Notes: generated from the letters alone by a model not told the origin. 46,566 bases of DNA from Candidatus Sumerlaeota bacterium (GCA_017161655.1 JADFCV010000012.1:22118-68683); one strand, 5' to 3'. Shown: positions 18,861 to 29,837, counted from the first letter of the stretch. Numbers and translations are program-made.

Positions 18861-20424
18861 ATGAAAGGGGACGTTACCGCAAAGGGTGCGCGTGTGGTGT
18901 GTTTTGTTTTGACGTGTTTGGCGTCGAGCTTTGGTCCGTGGGTGGGCTTTGGGGCTGAGGTGAAAGCTCAGTCGAGGCCGCGGGATGGCGGAAGCCTGCC
19001 CGCGATTGTGCGTGGGCCCGAGGCTGACCCGAGTAATGTCTGGTGGGATAACCAGTTTGGGGCCGCTGGGGCCGGGGTCAATAGCACGGTTTCGGCACTG
19101 GCTTTCGATGCCACGGGGAACCTTTACGCAGGAGGTAGGTTCACCACGGCGGGTGGAGTGTCGGCGAAGTACATAGCGAAGTGGGATGGGACAAGCTGGG
19201 CAGCGCTGGGAACCGGAATGAATGACGATGTCGAAGCCTTGACCTGTGACTCGGCGGGGAACCTTTACGCAGGAGGTTTCTTCACCACAGCGGGGGGAGT
19301 GTCGGTAAATCGTATAGCGAAGTGGGATGGGACAAGCTGGGCGGATCTGAGTGGCGGAGTGAATCAATTAGTCTTCGCTTTGACCTTTGACTCCGCGACG
19401 AACCTTTACGCAGGAGGTTTGTTCTACACGGCCGGGGGGGGGAGTGCCGGCGGATTACATAGCGAAGTGGGATGGGACAAGCTGGTCGGCTCTGGGAAGC
19501 GGAATGAACAACTTGGTCGTTGCCTTGACGTCTGACGCGGGAAACCTTTACGCAGGAGGTGGGTTCACCACGGCCGGGGAAGTGTCGGCGGATTACATAG
19601 CGAAGTGGGATGGGACAAGCTGGTCGGCTCTGGGAAGCGGAATGAACGACTGGGTATCTGCCTTGACCTGCGACTCGGCGGGGAACCTTTACGCAGGAGG
19701 GTGGTTCACCACGGCGGGGGGAGTGCCGGCGGATTACATAGCGAAGTGGAATGGGACAAGCTGGGCGGCGCTCGGAAGTGGAGTGGATGATTCTGTGTGG
19801 GCGTTGTCGGTGCGTGACAATGCTCTTTTTGTGGGAGGTTACTTCACGCAAGCCGGGGGCAAGGATTCCCGGTACATTGCCTTGTGGCAGCCTCGGGTGG
19901 ACGTGAGCCGTGCGATGGTTTCGGCGACTCCGGGGCCGCTGACGATCGGCAACGCGCGTTATGGTTTCTACAAGCCTTCGCTTGAGCTGACCACGGGGAC
20001 GACGGTGAGCTACGCCGGTGGTTTGCCCACGACCGTGACTCTGGAGCGAGCGCCGGCGATCACGGTGGGGGGTCAACGTGTCAATGGGGCGTTCGTTGTG
20101 ACGCCCACGGATCTGAGCTTTGGCGGGACAGGGGCAGAGCTGTGGGTGGAGTTCAGTGAGGATGATGTGGCCGCCTATGGAGTCCCTGCCCAGGACTTTC
20201 GGGTTGCAGCTCTGACTTATCCCTCCACGTACCCGTCGGACAAGGAGGCCGTGTCGGTCTCTTACTTAGGCAATCAAAGCGAGCCGACGTTTGTGCGCAT
20301 GGAGAACGGCCGCAAGATTTATGGGATTCGTGTGGAAGGTGTAAGAGAGATTTTGCCGGCTGCGTACGGAGCTGTCCCGTTTTCGTCTCCATCAAGGGTG
20401 TCTACTTGGGATCTGTATGATTGA
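18861..20424 (+). pseudogene. Secreted beta-propeller repeat protein (NLYAGGxFTTAGGVxAxYIAKWDGTSWSALG repeats), frameshifted at a G9 tract
   Basis: ORFs 18861..19535 and 19387..20424 encode consecutive copies of the same 47-aa repeat. The frame switches at the G9 tract 19434-19442. Could be phase variation or a sequencing error. Confidence 0.8.
19066..19870 (+). repeat. Intragenic tandem repeat, 141-nt unit, about 5.5 copies
   Basis: AACCTTTACGCAGGAGG recurs at 19119, 19260, 19401, 19543 and 19684 (spacings 141, 141, 142, 141). Confidence 0.92.
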
Positions 20425-20533
20425 AGTTGAGACGTTATCTGCCGCAGATCATGGGGACGACCGGTTCCCCCGACTGGTCTTCCCAGCGTAGGGGGAGGGT
20501 GGGGAGCACGGCGTCTTTATGGCGGCGGAGTGG

Positions 20534-22537
20534 TTAGTCGCTGGGGCGTCGCGCGAAGATGAAGGTCTGGTGCCAGGTTTTTGAGTAAAGCGGGTCCTGG
20601 GGCAGGAAGCTATTGACGCGCACGCAGGGCGGGCAGGAGTGCACAAAGCGCTCTCCGCCCAGCGAGAGGCCGGTGTGGACGACGCGTCCGGTTTTGTCTA
20701 TGAAGAAGAGAATGTCCCCAGGCATAAGAGCGGCCCGGTGCCAACGTGTTGCGACCAATCGCCCCACAAGAACCATTTGACGGGCATCGCGCGGTAGGCG
20801 CAGTCCTGCAGCTTCGTAGCTCACCCCGACAAGCCCCGAGCAATCAAGTCCGTTCGCGGAGCGTCCGCCGAAGACGTAGGGTGTGCCGTAGAGACCTAGT
20901 GCTGTGTCCACAGCGACCTGCCCTGCGCGAAGATCGGGGGACAGCGTGAGTAGTTGACGGGGAATCGAAAGGGATTCGAACTGCACACGGTTCCCTACGA
21001 GGTGGGGCATGGCGACAAGCACAGCGGCCCTGGCTGCGGGACGGGACCCGTGTGCTGCTTTTTCCTCTAATAGCTTCAGTCTTGTGCCGGGTGAGAGGGC
21101 GTAGAGCCTGTTGCTCCATGGAGCATTCAACGTTGCCTGGCGCGAGGTGAGTAAGTCCGTGAATTGCTCTTCGGTGATGGGGGCGATTGCGTCGGCGCGC
21201 ACCCACCCGACATAGCCGTCGGATCCCTGGACGAGGAAAAATGAGCCGTCGGGGGTGCGATCAAGAAGCCAGACGGGTTCCCCTGGGAGAAGTTGAGTCT
21301 GGACGTTGTTGCCTTCCTCTGGGGCACCCCAGGTGAGGGCTGCGGTCTGAAGTGTGACAGCAAAGAGTTGCCCGCCCAGGCGTTCCTGGCTGGGAAGGAT
21401 CTCGACCTCGGTGGACAAAGGATTGCAGCCCGCTGTGCGCAAGATGCCGGCAGCTGTTTCAGCAAGCTCAGGTGCGTTGGCGCGGGCGATGAAACGCCAT
21501 CCGCTGGCTGTGCGTTCCACGCGCGCATCGAGATAGAAGAAGGTCGAGTCCGTGAGCTGGCGTTGATAGGCCGCGAGGAGGTAGGAGGCTTCTGTTTGAT
21601 CACGTGGGGGCTGAGGGAAGGGCCACAAGCGCTGAGCGAGTTTGGCTGCCTCGGTGGTGACGCCGTCCGGCGGTGCAAATTTCTCCTCGGTGGTGTCTAC
21701 GGGTGGTGCGCCGAGTGCTCGTTGTCGCCGGGTGCGCATGGCGTCGCCAAGCTGGGACGACGGCCAGGTGAGATAAAAGGTTTCGTAAATGGCCTGGGCG
21801 AAGCGGTGAGTGTAGGCAGGCGCTGGCCGCCAGTCTTTGCCGGGGGGAGGAGGGGGGGCAATGATTTCAAGGGCGAGCGCGCCTGTTTGCTCAGTTATAG
21901 CGAGGTGGCCAGGCTCGATCTCAAAACGGCCTAATCCCAACCGGAGAAAAGAGTCGGCAAGGGCTTGTGCAAGAGATGCGGCTACGGGGTCGCTCGTTTC
22001 GGCATCAGCCGAGGGGACGATGATCCTTGGCTTGGTGCGATTGTGCTCGCTTTCGTGTGAAATGCGCAGAACGCAATGGGGCCTGGCTCGCGCGATCACC
22101 TGCAGGCGTGTCAGCTCATCCGCAAGACTCGCCGTTGCGGGGCGATCATCCTCACGGGTGAGATAGTATTTTCCGCCGCCATCGGTAATGTGATGACGCA
22201 AAAGAGCTGCAATGGCGAAGTTTGTGGCGTAGGCCAGACGCCGTGCTGCAATCTTTTCTTCCCCCTTCTCGGCGAGGGCGTGCGCCTCGCTGCCCTGTGG
22301 ATCTGCCACGAGAACAAGTCCACGCAGAGCTGTGCCAGAGGTTTCAAAGGGCGCGGTAAATTCCGGGGTAGGCGTTTGAAGCTCTGTAGCGGCACTTCCA
22401 GGGGACGCCGGCATGAACGCCCAGACAGCAGAAATGCAAAGAGCGCAATATTTTGTTAACCTTTTTTCTCTGGCAAACGAACCCTTAGCAATTTGGCCAC
22501 TTGTTCGCACAATCGCACCCATTCCTGTGCCTCCCAA
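20534..22537 (-). CDS. Secreted NlpC/P60 (YkfC-like) peptidase with SH3b-like domain and degenerate N-terminal amidase_3-like domain
   Basis: C-terminal GTPYVFGGRS..GLDCSGLV...LPRDA.Q...PGDILFF...HTGL; TQLLPGEPV...DGYVGWV SH3b-like segment. True start uncertain, probably near 22460. Confidence 0.85.
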   Translation of the reverse strand: MGGTGMGAIVRTSGQIAKGSFAREKRLTKYCALCISAVWAFMPASPGSAATELQTPTPEFTAPFETSGTALRGLVLVADPQGSEAHALAEKGEEKIAARRLAYATNFAIAALLRHHITDGGGKYYLTREDDRPATASLADELTRLQVIARARPHCVLRISHESEHNRTKPRIIVPSADAETSDPVAASLAQALADSFLRLGLGRFEIEPGHLAITEQTGALALEIIAPPPPPGKDWRPAPAYTHRFAQAIYETFYLTWPSSQLGDAMRTRRQRALGAPPVDTTEEKFAPPDGVTTEAAKLAQRLWPFPQPPRDQTEASYLLAAYQRQLTDSTFFYLDARVERTASGWRFIARANAPELAETAAGILRTAGCNPLSTEVEILPSQERLGGQLFAVTLQTAALTWGAPEEGNNVQTQLLPGEPVWLLDRTPDGSFFLVQGSDGYVGWVRADAIAPITEEQFTDLLTSRQATLNAPWSNRLYALSPGTRLKLLEEKAAHGSRPAARAAVLVAMPHLVGNRVQFESLSIPRQLLTLSPDLRAGQVAVDTALGLYGTPYVFGGRSANGLDCSGLVGVSYEAAGLRLPRDARQMVLVGRLVATRWHRAALMPGDILFFIDKTGRVVHTGLSLGGERFVHSCPPCVRVNSFLPQDPLYSKTWHQTFIFARRPSD

Positions 22538-24903
22538 AGATTCTTGTCGCTATCGGCTCTGGCTTTGATGATCGGATAATTTGCACACACGACGTGATAG
22601 AACGTCGTCTGAGCCTTCCAAATGTTTGTGCGGAGCGGCAACGCAAAAGCCACTTCCGCCACAGCGAGAAGTTTTTCGAGGTTTGCGATGTCGTTGGGAT
22701 TTGCTTCGAGGCGCGCAGTAGCTCGCTGAAGAGCGCAGCGGACCGCGTGGTCGAGGCGTTCCGTATCAAGTTCGAACTCCCAGCGTCGCGCTTCCTGAAA
22801 ACTGGCACGCAGATCATCGGGCGATGCGTTCTCGTTTTCGAACGCCTCGACGAGCTTGTGCGTCAGTACAAATTGCGTCATGGTTTTGAGAACGGTGGGC
22901 AAAGGCACGTTGAGGGCTGAGAGGAAACGCATCAGCGCCGCGTTCTCGTTGTAGAGCGAGCACATTGTGGCGATGGCCTGGGAAATGGGGGCGTTGAGCA
23001 AGTGGTACACGAGCCGACGCAGGTCGTCGCGGAAGAGCGCGCGAAGCGTGAGTGGCTCGTTGGGGAAAATGTCTGTAAACGTTCCTAATCCCACGGTGAG
23101 CTGGCGGTCGCAGTCGCCCTGCTGCATCTTCGCCATGAATTCGGAGAAAAGTTTTGCATCCGAGGGCGCCACATAGGCCTGAATTTCGTCCTCGCTAAGT
23201 TTTTGAGCGCCAAAAACAAAGGTGGCCTCTTCGGTGGTTGCAACCGAGCGGACCCGCATCTCGCCGACAAGAAACTCGCGTTCTCCCAAGGAGCGTTTGC
23301 ATCGGTTCGTGGCGCTGACCTCATACGCATAGAAGCGGCCACTGGGTCTGGCGTCCTCAAGAAGCATGAGCAGGGCGTAGTTCCCTGCGACGCGATCAAG
23401 CTCGACGATGTTCGGAGCAACAAACAGCTCGTAAATGTGAGCGCCGTTGACGAACTGGGGGAGGTTACTCTTTGCGCCCTCAAGGGTCTTCAGGAAGGTC
23501 GGTTCGTAATCCACGCCCGCCACCTTTTTGGCGAGCTGCATGACCCGCGCAGCAAAGAGAAGAATTTGCTGTGTTTCAATGCCAGAGATATCGTCGAAAA
23601 ACCAGCCGCAACTGGTGAACATGAGCAAGCAGTGGCGCTGCATTTCAAGCAGCTGGAAGAGACGGACGCGCTCATCCGCGGAGAGGGAGTGGCTCTGGTG
23701 GCGAGCGAGAAATCTCGAGATGGTGTCCGCTGAGCGATCAAGGACCACCTGAATGTACTCGTCGCGTGCCAGCCATGGGTCAGTGACGTAAGCGGATGCT
23801 TCGCGCTCGTACAGACGTGCGGCTTCGTCACGCAGCCAGTTCATTGCAGCGCGCAGCGGTGCTCGCCACGCCTGGTTCCACTCGGGGTGCGCGCCGGAGT
23901 TGCAGCCGCAGTCGTAGCTCCAGCGTCCCACACCGTGCGCACAACTCCACGAGGAGGCCTCGAAGATTTCGACCTCGTAGCGAGGGGGAAAACGCTCAAG
24001 AAATTCTGCGTAATTCGTTAACCTTACTCGTGAGTGTCCCTGGAGATCAGCGATGGCGCGGCTCAATGCCATCTCGCCAAAGCGATGGTGATGGCCATAG
24101 CTTTCACCGTCCGTGGCAATGTGAACAAGTTGGGCGCCGTCGCGGTCTGGCGCGAAGCCACTCAAGAGGCGCGTGGCAAAAGCATGGCCGTCGTTGAGCA
24201 GCCCCTCAAAGGCCACGGCGTGGCTTATGGGACCATCGTAAAAGAAGAGCGAAATGGATTCGCCACCGGGCAAGCGGCAGAGGTAAGGGCGTGAGGGATC
24301 AATTCGACCGCCACGAACGTCGCTCCAGGAGGCGCGCCCGATTGGACGCACGCGCGAAGCCTGAAAGGGTGAGAGGATGGTGAAACGGATTCCGTGGGTG
24401 GCGAGAATGGCAAGTGTTTCGAGGTCCACAGCGGTTTCGGCCAGCCACATGCCCTCCGGCTTTCGACGAAAGCGCGATTCGAAGTCCGCAATGGCCCACC
24501 GAACTTGCGTGATCTTGTCCCGTCGGTTTGCCAACGGCATAATGATGTGGTTATAGACCTGGGCTATGGCTGAACCGTGACCGGAGAAGTGCTTTTTGCT
24601 GCGGTCGTCAGCTTCGAGAATGGCCTTATAGGTTTTCGGGTCGTGAGTTTCGAGCCAGGACAGAAGAGTTGGACCAAAGTTGAAGCTGATCCATTCATAA
24701 TTATTGATGAGGCGGTCGAGGTACCCTTGCGAATCAAGTATGCGCGCGCCGGTGTTCGGGGCGTAGCACTCGTCCGTGATGCGCTGGTTCCAGTCGTGAT
24801 AAGGCTGGGCACTATCCTGTTGCTCGACGGTCTCAAGCCACGGATTCTCGCGCGGAGGTTGGTAGAAGTGGCCGTGGATGCAGACGAAACGCCAGTGAGT
24901 CAC
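22456..24903 (-). CDS. Glycoside hydrolase family 57 with DUF3536 domain
   Basis: IHGHFYQPPRENPW, SFNFGPTLLSW, YNHIIMPLA, GMWLAET, ATDGESYGHH, SWSCAHGVGRW, MFTSCGWFFDDISGIE. Confidence 0.92.
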   Translation of the reverse strand: MTHWRFVCIHGHFYQPPRENPWLETVEQQDSAQPYHDWNQRITDECYAPNTGARILDSQGYLDRLINNYEWISFNFGPTLLSWLETHDPKTYKAILEADDRSKKHFSGHGSAIAQVYNHIIMPLANRRDKITQVRWAIADFESRFRRKPEGMWLAETAVDLETLAILATHGIRFTILSPFQASRVRPIGRASWSDVRGGRIDPSRPYLCRLPGGESISLFFYDGPISHAVAFEGLLNDGHAFATRLLSGFAPDRDGAQLVHIATDGESYGHHHRFGEMALSRAIADLQGHSRVRLTNYAEFLERFPPRYEVEIFEASSWSCAHGVGRWSYDCGCNSGAHPEWNQAWRAPLRAAMNWLRDEAARLYEREASAYVTDPWLARDEYIQVVLDRSADTISRFLARHQSHSLSADERVRLFQLLEMQRHCLLMFTSCGWFFDDISGIETQQILLFAARVMQLAKKVAGVDYEPTFLKTLEGAKSNLPQFVNGAHIYELFVAPNIVELDRVAGNYALLMLLEDARPSGRFYAYEVSATNRCKRSLGEREFLVGEMRVRSVATTEEATFVFGAQKLSEDEIQAYVAPSDAKLFSEFMAKMQQGDCDRQLTVGLGTFTDIFPNEPLTLRALFRDDLRRLVYHLLNAPISQAIATMCSLYNENAALMRFLSALNVPLPTVLKTMTQFVLTHKLVEAFENENASPDDLRASFQEARRWEFELDTERLDHAVRCALQRATARLEANPNDIANLEKLLAVAEVAFALPLRTNIWKAQTTFYHVVCANYPIIKARADSDKNLWEAQEWVRLCEQVAKLLRVRLPEKKG

Positions 24904-25079
24904 AGCTGTGGCCTTTCTAGCTTACGAGCGTGGTGAAATTGCCGAGATAACAGGCGCACTTTCGCACGGCACAGCCAGGGAGCCGGACCTGGCGGGGACG
25001 CGGAGGTGCGTGAGCCCACCCCAACATGCACGACGGATTGCAACCTCGTTTGGATCAACTCCAGACCCATAGCGCGCGA

Positions 25080-25505
25080 TCAGATGCTTTCTTTCTGCGA
25101 TGGCGTTTCACTGTCGCTTGGCGCAGTCCACGCATCGGTGATCACCTGGAGAAGATTTCGCTCCTCGGTGCTCATGTGCCGGTCAGATGTGGCGATGAAC
25201 TCGAGAATCTGGCGAACCCCTTCGAGGCGCTCAGCGTCCAGGCTCTTCTTGAGGCTTGCGACGGAATAAGCCACAACGTCGGCGACGCTCGTTTCTGCCA
25301 CCGCGCTTTTTGCGTTTTCGAGCAATGACTGAATATCTTGGGGGGAAAGTCCAAGGCCAAAGCCAATGCGCGTGAGCATTTCCGCCTCGCGGTCAGAGAC
25401 TTTTCCATCGGAACACACGAGGCACAGGGCCAGGCAGAAAACGTGATAAACCTGGTCAGGGGTTAGATGCAGAATCTTGAGTAATTTTCGAGTTGTATTA
25501 TCCAC
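25080..25505 (-). CDS. TerB-family (tellurite resistance/DjlA N-terminal-like) protein
   Basis: Two (A/S)DG..S..E-like motifs (CSDGKVSDREAEML; ATSDRHMSTEERNLL); GAGGAGG SD upstream. Confidence 0.78.
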   Translation of the reverse strand: MDNTTRKLLKILHLTPDQVYHVFCLALCLVCSDGKVSDREAEMLTRIGFGLGLSPQDIQSLLENAKSAVAETSVADVVAYSVASLKKSLDAERLEGVRQILEFIATSDRHMSTEERNLLQVITDAWTAPSDSETPSQKESI

Positions 25506-26148
25506 GGGAGCCCTCCTCAGGCCCAGAAAACTAAAGACATCCGAACTTCATTTGCTGGAAGAAGACTGTTTCAGAAAAACATCGGCATGCAAGCATTTCT
25601 CACCGCCAAACTGCGGCGGCGGAAATCGATGTTCGCGAGACACGATCGTGGGCACGAGAAACGGATACCCCCGGGAGGCCCCCGACCAGTGCACGGCGCC
25701 GCTTGTGAGTCAACCAAAACCGGGGAGACCGCTAAAAGCCGGGATGAGAATGAGAAGTTGGTATTTTTCACCAATAACGGGTGGAGGAGCGCTTTTCTTC
25801 GCGACCGCGCTAAGTATCAGTTGGAGGGGCGCTGTATCCGTGCGCATGAACCATCATCATGCTGTTAGCAACGTCTGGCTTAAATTTGAGAAACAGTGAA
25901 TGAGTGCCATCCGAATCCTCAACGGCAAAAAACTGTTGAGAAGCAAAATCTCGGCGCAAGCCTATCGATTCTTGGCCACGGCAGTTCCTTTGGTTTCCTG
26001 TACGTGACGACTCTGTGAATTGGTTGAGAATTCCAGACGCGCGAAAAGGGCTAGCGTGAGAACGAGGGGTGAGCGAGTCACGATAGCGGACAGTCGGAAC
26101 ATCGCGACGGCTAGAAACCGTGTGCCAGGAACGAAAATTTGAGAAATT

Positions 26149-27402
26149 GTGTTGCGCTGGAGTGTTGCCAGAAGGCTAGTAAGTAGCCAAGGCTATAGTA
26201 GAATGAACATTCTCTCGACAGCCATGAGGTGGTTAGCGGCTGCGGGGAGGAGATGTCCCTTTTTTCCCCGATTTTCGCCGCGCTTGCGCGGGTGCCAATC
26301 GCTACGGGGCACGAGCAGGGTCGAAACGTTGATCGGGGTGCTGGTGCTGCTTGGGCTGGGTGGTATCGCTGCGGCGATCCTTATCAAGCAGAGCCGCTAT
26401 GATCGAACAGTCATCAACCCTGGCCTCGCGGCAGTGGAGATGGCGGACAGCACCTCTGGGGTCGCAGCAGCGTCCGGTGTGCAGGAGGCGGCTCCGCCTG
26501 CGGTCGAGATAGAGGGCTCAAGTGAGGTGGAAACTCGGCCCGCTGCTGCCCAAAAAGCTTCGGTGAGAGAGGGATCCGACGCTTTGCAAATTCTGGAGCA
26601 AGTGAAGCTGCCAGAAAGGGTGAAAGCCGTCGGACAGACGGAAGCTTTTGATGCGACGACCCTGTCTGATAAAATTGATGGGCGGGCGGAATTCTATTTG
26701 GACCTAGGCTTTGAGCAGCTTGTCACGCGGCGATTCCAGCTCGTTGGTGAGCCGCCGTGCTCATTTGAGGCTTTTCTTTATCGGATGAGTTCCCCACTGG
26801 CGGCTTTTGCCGCGTGGAGCGGTCAGCGCCGCCCGGATGCAAAAATTGATAAGGAACATCCCTTGTCGTATTCGACAGCCAACGCGTTTTACTTTACGCG
26901 GGGGGACTACTATGTTGAACTTGTCAGCTCTTCTGCTGCGTTTGGGGACAAGCGCGAGACGCGTGAATTTGCCGAGATGTTGTCGGCGAAGCTGGTCGGG
27001 AACGCTTCGGAGCCAGACGTTCTTGCCCTTTTGCCCGAAGAGGGACGTATCGCCGGCAGCGAACGTCTTATTCTTAAGGACGCATTTGGTTTTGCCAAGC
27101 TCGACAAGGTCATCCTTGCTGATTTCGTCGTTGACGGCACAACCGTGACACTCTTTATTTCTCCCCGTGCCACCGAGGCGGAGGCCCAGGAGCTTGCGCG
27201 TGCCTACCATGCTTTCCTGGTTGACGAGATGGGGGCAGAGGATGGCAGCAAGCAGGTCGAACAGCAGCCTGGCATGTACGTGGCGAGGTCGCTGGGGGAG
27301 GTTGAAGTTCTGACGGTTTGCAAGAAGGTGCTGGTAGGTGTCCATGCCGCGAAGCAGCTTGAGATCGCGAAGGGGCTGGTGAGCCGCATCTGTGGCAACT
27401 GA
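26149..27402 (+). CDS. DUF6599-family membrane-anchored protein
   Basis: TM anchor; TLSDKIDGRAEFYLDLGFEQL, LYRMSSPLAAFAAWS, FTRGDYYVE; context with DUF362 and a 4Fe-4S protein. True start uncertain (ATG 26203 or later). Confidence 0.7.
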   Translation: MLRWSVARRLVSSQGYSRMNILSTAMRWLAAAGRRCPFFPRFSPRLRGCQSLRGTSRVETLIGVLVLLGLGGIAAAILIKQSRYDRTVINPGLAAVEMADSTSGVAAASGVQEAAPPAVEIEGSSEVETRPAAAQKASVREGSDALQILEQVKLPERVKAVGQTEAFDATTLSDKIDGRAEFYLDLGFEQLVTRRFQLVGEPPCSFEAFLYRMSSPLAAFAAWSGQRRPDAKIDKEHPLSYSTANAFYFTRGDYYVELVSSSAAFGDKRETREFAEMLSAKLVGNASEPDVLALLPEEGRIAGSERLILKDAFGFAKLDKVILADFVVDGTTVTLFISPRATEAEAQELARAYHAFLVDEMGAEDGSKQVEQQPGMYVARSLGEVEVLTVCKKVLVGVHAAKQLEIAKGLVSRICGN

Positions 27403-27462
27403 GTTTGCATAAATTATTTGATTGGCAGTCGCTTGATTTAGATCGGGAGGTTCTGCTCAACT

Positions 27463-29539
27463 ATGGAAAGACGAGTCATTTGGCGAAGAATTGCTGAATT
27501 CGCTGGCAAGCTGAGCGGGCCAACGACCATGGCGATCGCTCTCGGCGTCATTATCATTGGTGTAGGTTTTTGCGCTCGTTACGTAGCTACGTCGTGGGGA
27601 CTTCCTTATCCTTACGAATGGGATGAACCGACATTAGTCAATCCAGGCATCCGCGTGCTCCGCGACGGGGTGTATCGTCCCACCCGTTTTGCCTATGGAC
27701 CTCTTAACGGTTACATGCATGCTGGCTGGGGCGTATTGTCTTTTCTCAAAGCCGTGCAGGCAGAGGAGATTTCGTCAGTTTGGGATCTGAAGACGGAGTG
27801 GGACCATGGCTGGTACTGGGCCATTTCCTCTCCGCTGTTTCATCGGCAGGCCCGAGTCCTCAGCGTTCTTATGTGGGCTGTTACCGCACTTGCTGTGTGG
27901 GGGGCATGCTGGCAGCTCGGGGTTCGAGGTGGAGCGGTCGCGGCCTTGGGGCTCGTGGCTTTTTCACGGGTGAATTTTAGAGAGACAGCCATCGTTAGTG
28001 CAGGCGCTATTGCAGCGATGTTCTCAGCCGTGGCCTACTTGGCTGCGCTAAGCGTCCTTAAGCGCAAGACTGGACACGTATCGCCCCTGTGGTGGACAGC
28101 AATTGCAGCTGGTGCCGCAACCGCATCAAAACTCATCTTTTTCCCAATGATGACCTTACCAATTTTATGTTACGTTGGAAGGGGCATAAAAAAGTCGGCG
28201 AGACTTTCGCTGACTCATGTCGCGTTGTGGGGTGTGGCACCATGGGTGGTTTTCGCGGTGCTCATGCTCCCAGCGTTTTTTGATCCGCCTCATTTTTTAA
28301 CCTCTATTGTTCTCTTGCTTCGGCAATACGGGGTTCAGACTAGAGCACTCCAACACTTTAAAGATGCCGGTCTCTGTGCGTTAGCGGCTTCGGATGTGGT
28401 TAGAGTTACGGATAGGTTAGTTGTGTGGCAGATCGGGTATTTCTATTTGCCTTATGTTGCCCTCAGTGCGGTAGGACTCGTCGCGCTTCTTAGGAAGCAC
28501 CGCCTTGCGGCTATAGTGCTATTAACCCCCGCTCTTCTTAATGTATGGCACGTCGCAGGCCATACTGATTACTTTGCTGCGCGGAATTTACTCATCTGCC
28601 AGTTAGTTTGGGCGGTGCTAGCGGGTTACGGAATGCAAGCCGTCGTAGAAAGGCTAAAACGACGATCGCGATACGCGGGTGTTCTGGGGGCGGGGGGGCT
28701 CTTCTTATGCTGTGTTGCGCCAGCTTGGATCATCTGGAACGTAGCTATAGAGCGAGCAACCATGCTCGACTCTCGTGTTCTGGCTCAGGAGAAAGTTGAT
28801 GAACTTCGGGAAAATGGGCGCAAAGTGGCAGTCGCCTCGGAGCTACATTGGTTTGTCCCGGCGAACCTACCCGCAGGGGCCCCGCCAATCCCACAGGTGA
28901 GCTTGGCGCGTCTTCTGCGACATCCGGAAGAAGCAAAAGACTTTGATTTTGTTGTCCTTCCTCTGGCACTTATTCAATTTTTCCGAATCTAAGTATAGTA
29001 ATGCTTTGAGTGAGTGGTCAAATGCAATCACAAATTTCGAACCTATCGTGACTTTTGGGGATAACGCAACATATCTCGACCTCTTCACCCGGGATCCCAA
29101 AATTGGGATTGTCCCCACGGAAGCGTTTGGGGCACCGTTACGCCGCGACGCACCGAGAGTCTACGGGGTTGAGTTGCTCTCTGCAAGAACAAGCCAAGCA
29201 GCGTACCTAACCGAGGCTGGAATCGCGGCGAAGAACTATTTTTTAGGGTCCACGAATGTGCGCCTGACCAAGCCGGCAAAAACGCTTGTTGTAAAGGCGC
29301 AGGATTTGAATCCTTTTGAAAAGGAAGAATTTCCTACAGTTTCGGTGAAGGTGGGTACAACGACGGAAACAAAGAGCACCTCGTGGATTGCGGATGAAAC
29401 CTTTGTCCTAGAGCGCGGTGGCCTGGTTGAGTATACCCGTCGGGTGAACATTCCGCCTGGCGATTACAGCATTCAGGTGAAGGCGAATAATCCAAATCGT
29501 CGGTTCATGACGGAAATTGCGTACATCGAGTTTCGCTGA
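27463..29539 (+). pseudogene. GT-C superfamily (ArnT/PMT-like) membrane glycosyltransferase, copy 1, frameshifted at about 28980
   Basis: WGLPY...WDEP first-loop motif and about 11 TM helices. ORF 27463..28992 continues in another frame (28943..29539) that aligns with copy 2. Confidence 0.75.
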
Positions 29540-29624
29540 AGGAGCGAGTGATCTTTGCCACTGAAGCTGTGACGTTTTCTCGTGACAGGCGCCTGCGTGA
29601 GCGCTTGACAAAAAGCAGTGAGCA

Positions 29625-29837
29625 GTGACAGCAGGGGGCAAGTCCAAATCAGAGGTGCTCAAGTACAAGCAAGCTAATTGCTGCAACCAGACCGAACAGC
29701 AGCCTGGCATGTATGTGGCGAGGTCGCTGGGCGAGGGTGAAGTTCTGACGGTTTGCAAGAAGGCGCTGGTAGGTGTCCATGCCGCTAAGCAGCTTGAGAT
29801 CGCCAAGAGGCTGGTGAGCCGCATCTGTGGCAACTGA
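29625..29837 (+). pseudogene. Junction remnant: decayed DUF362 5' end fused to the duplicated 3' end of the DUF6599 gene
   Basis: Translation ends EQQPGMYVARSLGEGEVLTVCKKALVGVHAAKQLEIAKRLVSRICGN, nearly identical to the C-terminus of 26149..27402. Confidence 0.85.

Noticed and set aside
19066-19870. Regularly spaced direct repeats as a possible CRISPR array
   Set aside because: The 141-nt units are homologous along their whole length and encode a 47-aa protein repeat; there are no unique spacers and no cas genes.
25506-26148. Long intergenic region upstream of the TerB-like gene as a possible riboswitch
   Set aside because: Only short hairpins seen and no recognisable aptamer consensus; an Rfam scan would be needed.
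26300-26390. RG-TSRVETLIGVLVLL in the DUF6599 protein resembles a prepilin cleavage motif (Glu at +5)
   Set aside because: Arg at +3 and Thr at +1 break the hydrophobic consensus; better explained as an ordinary membrane anchor.
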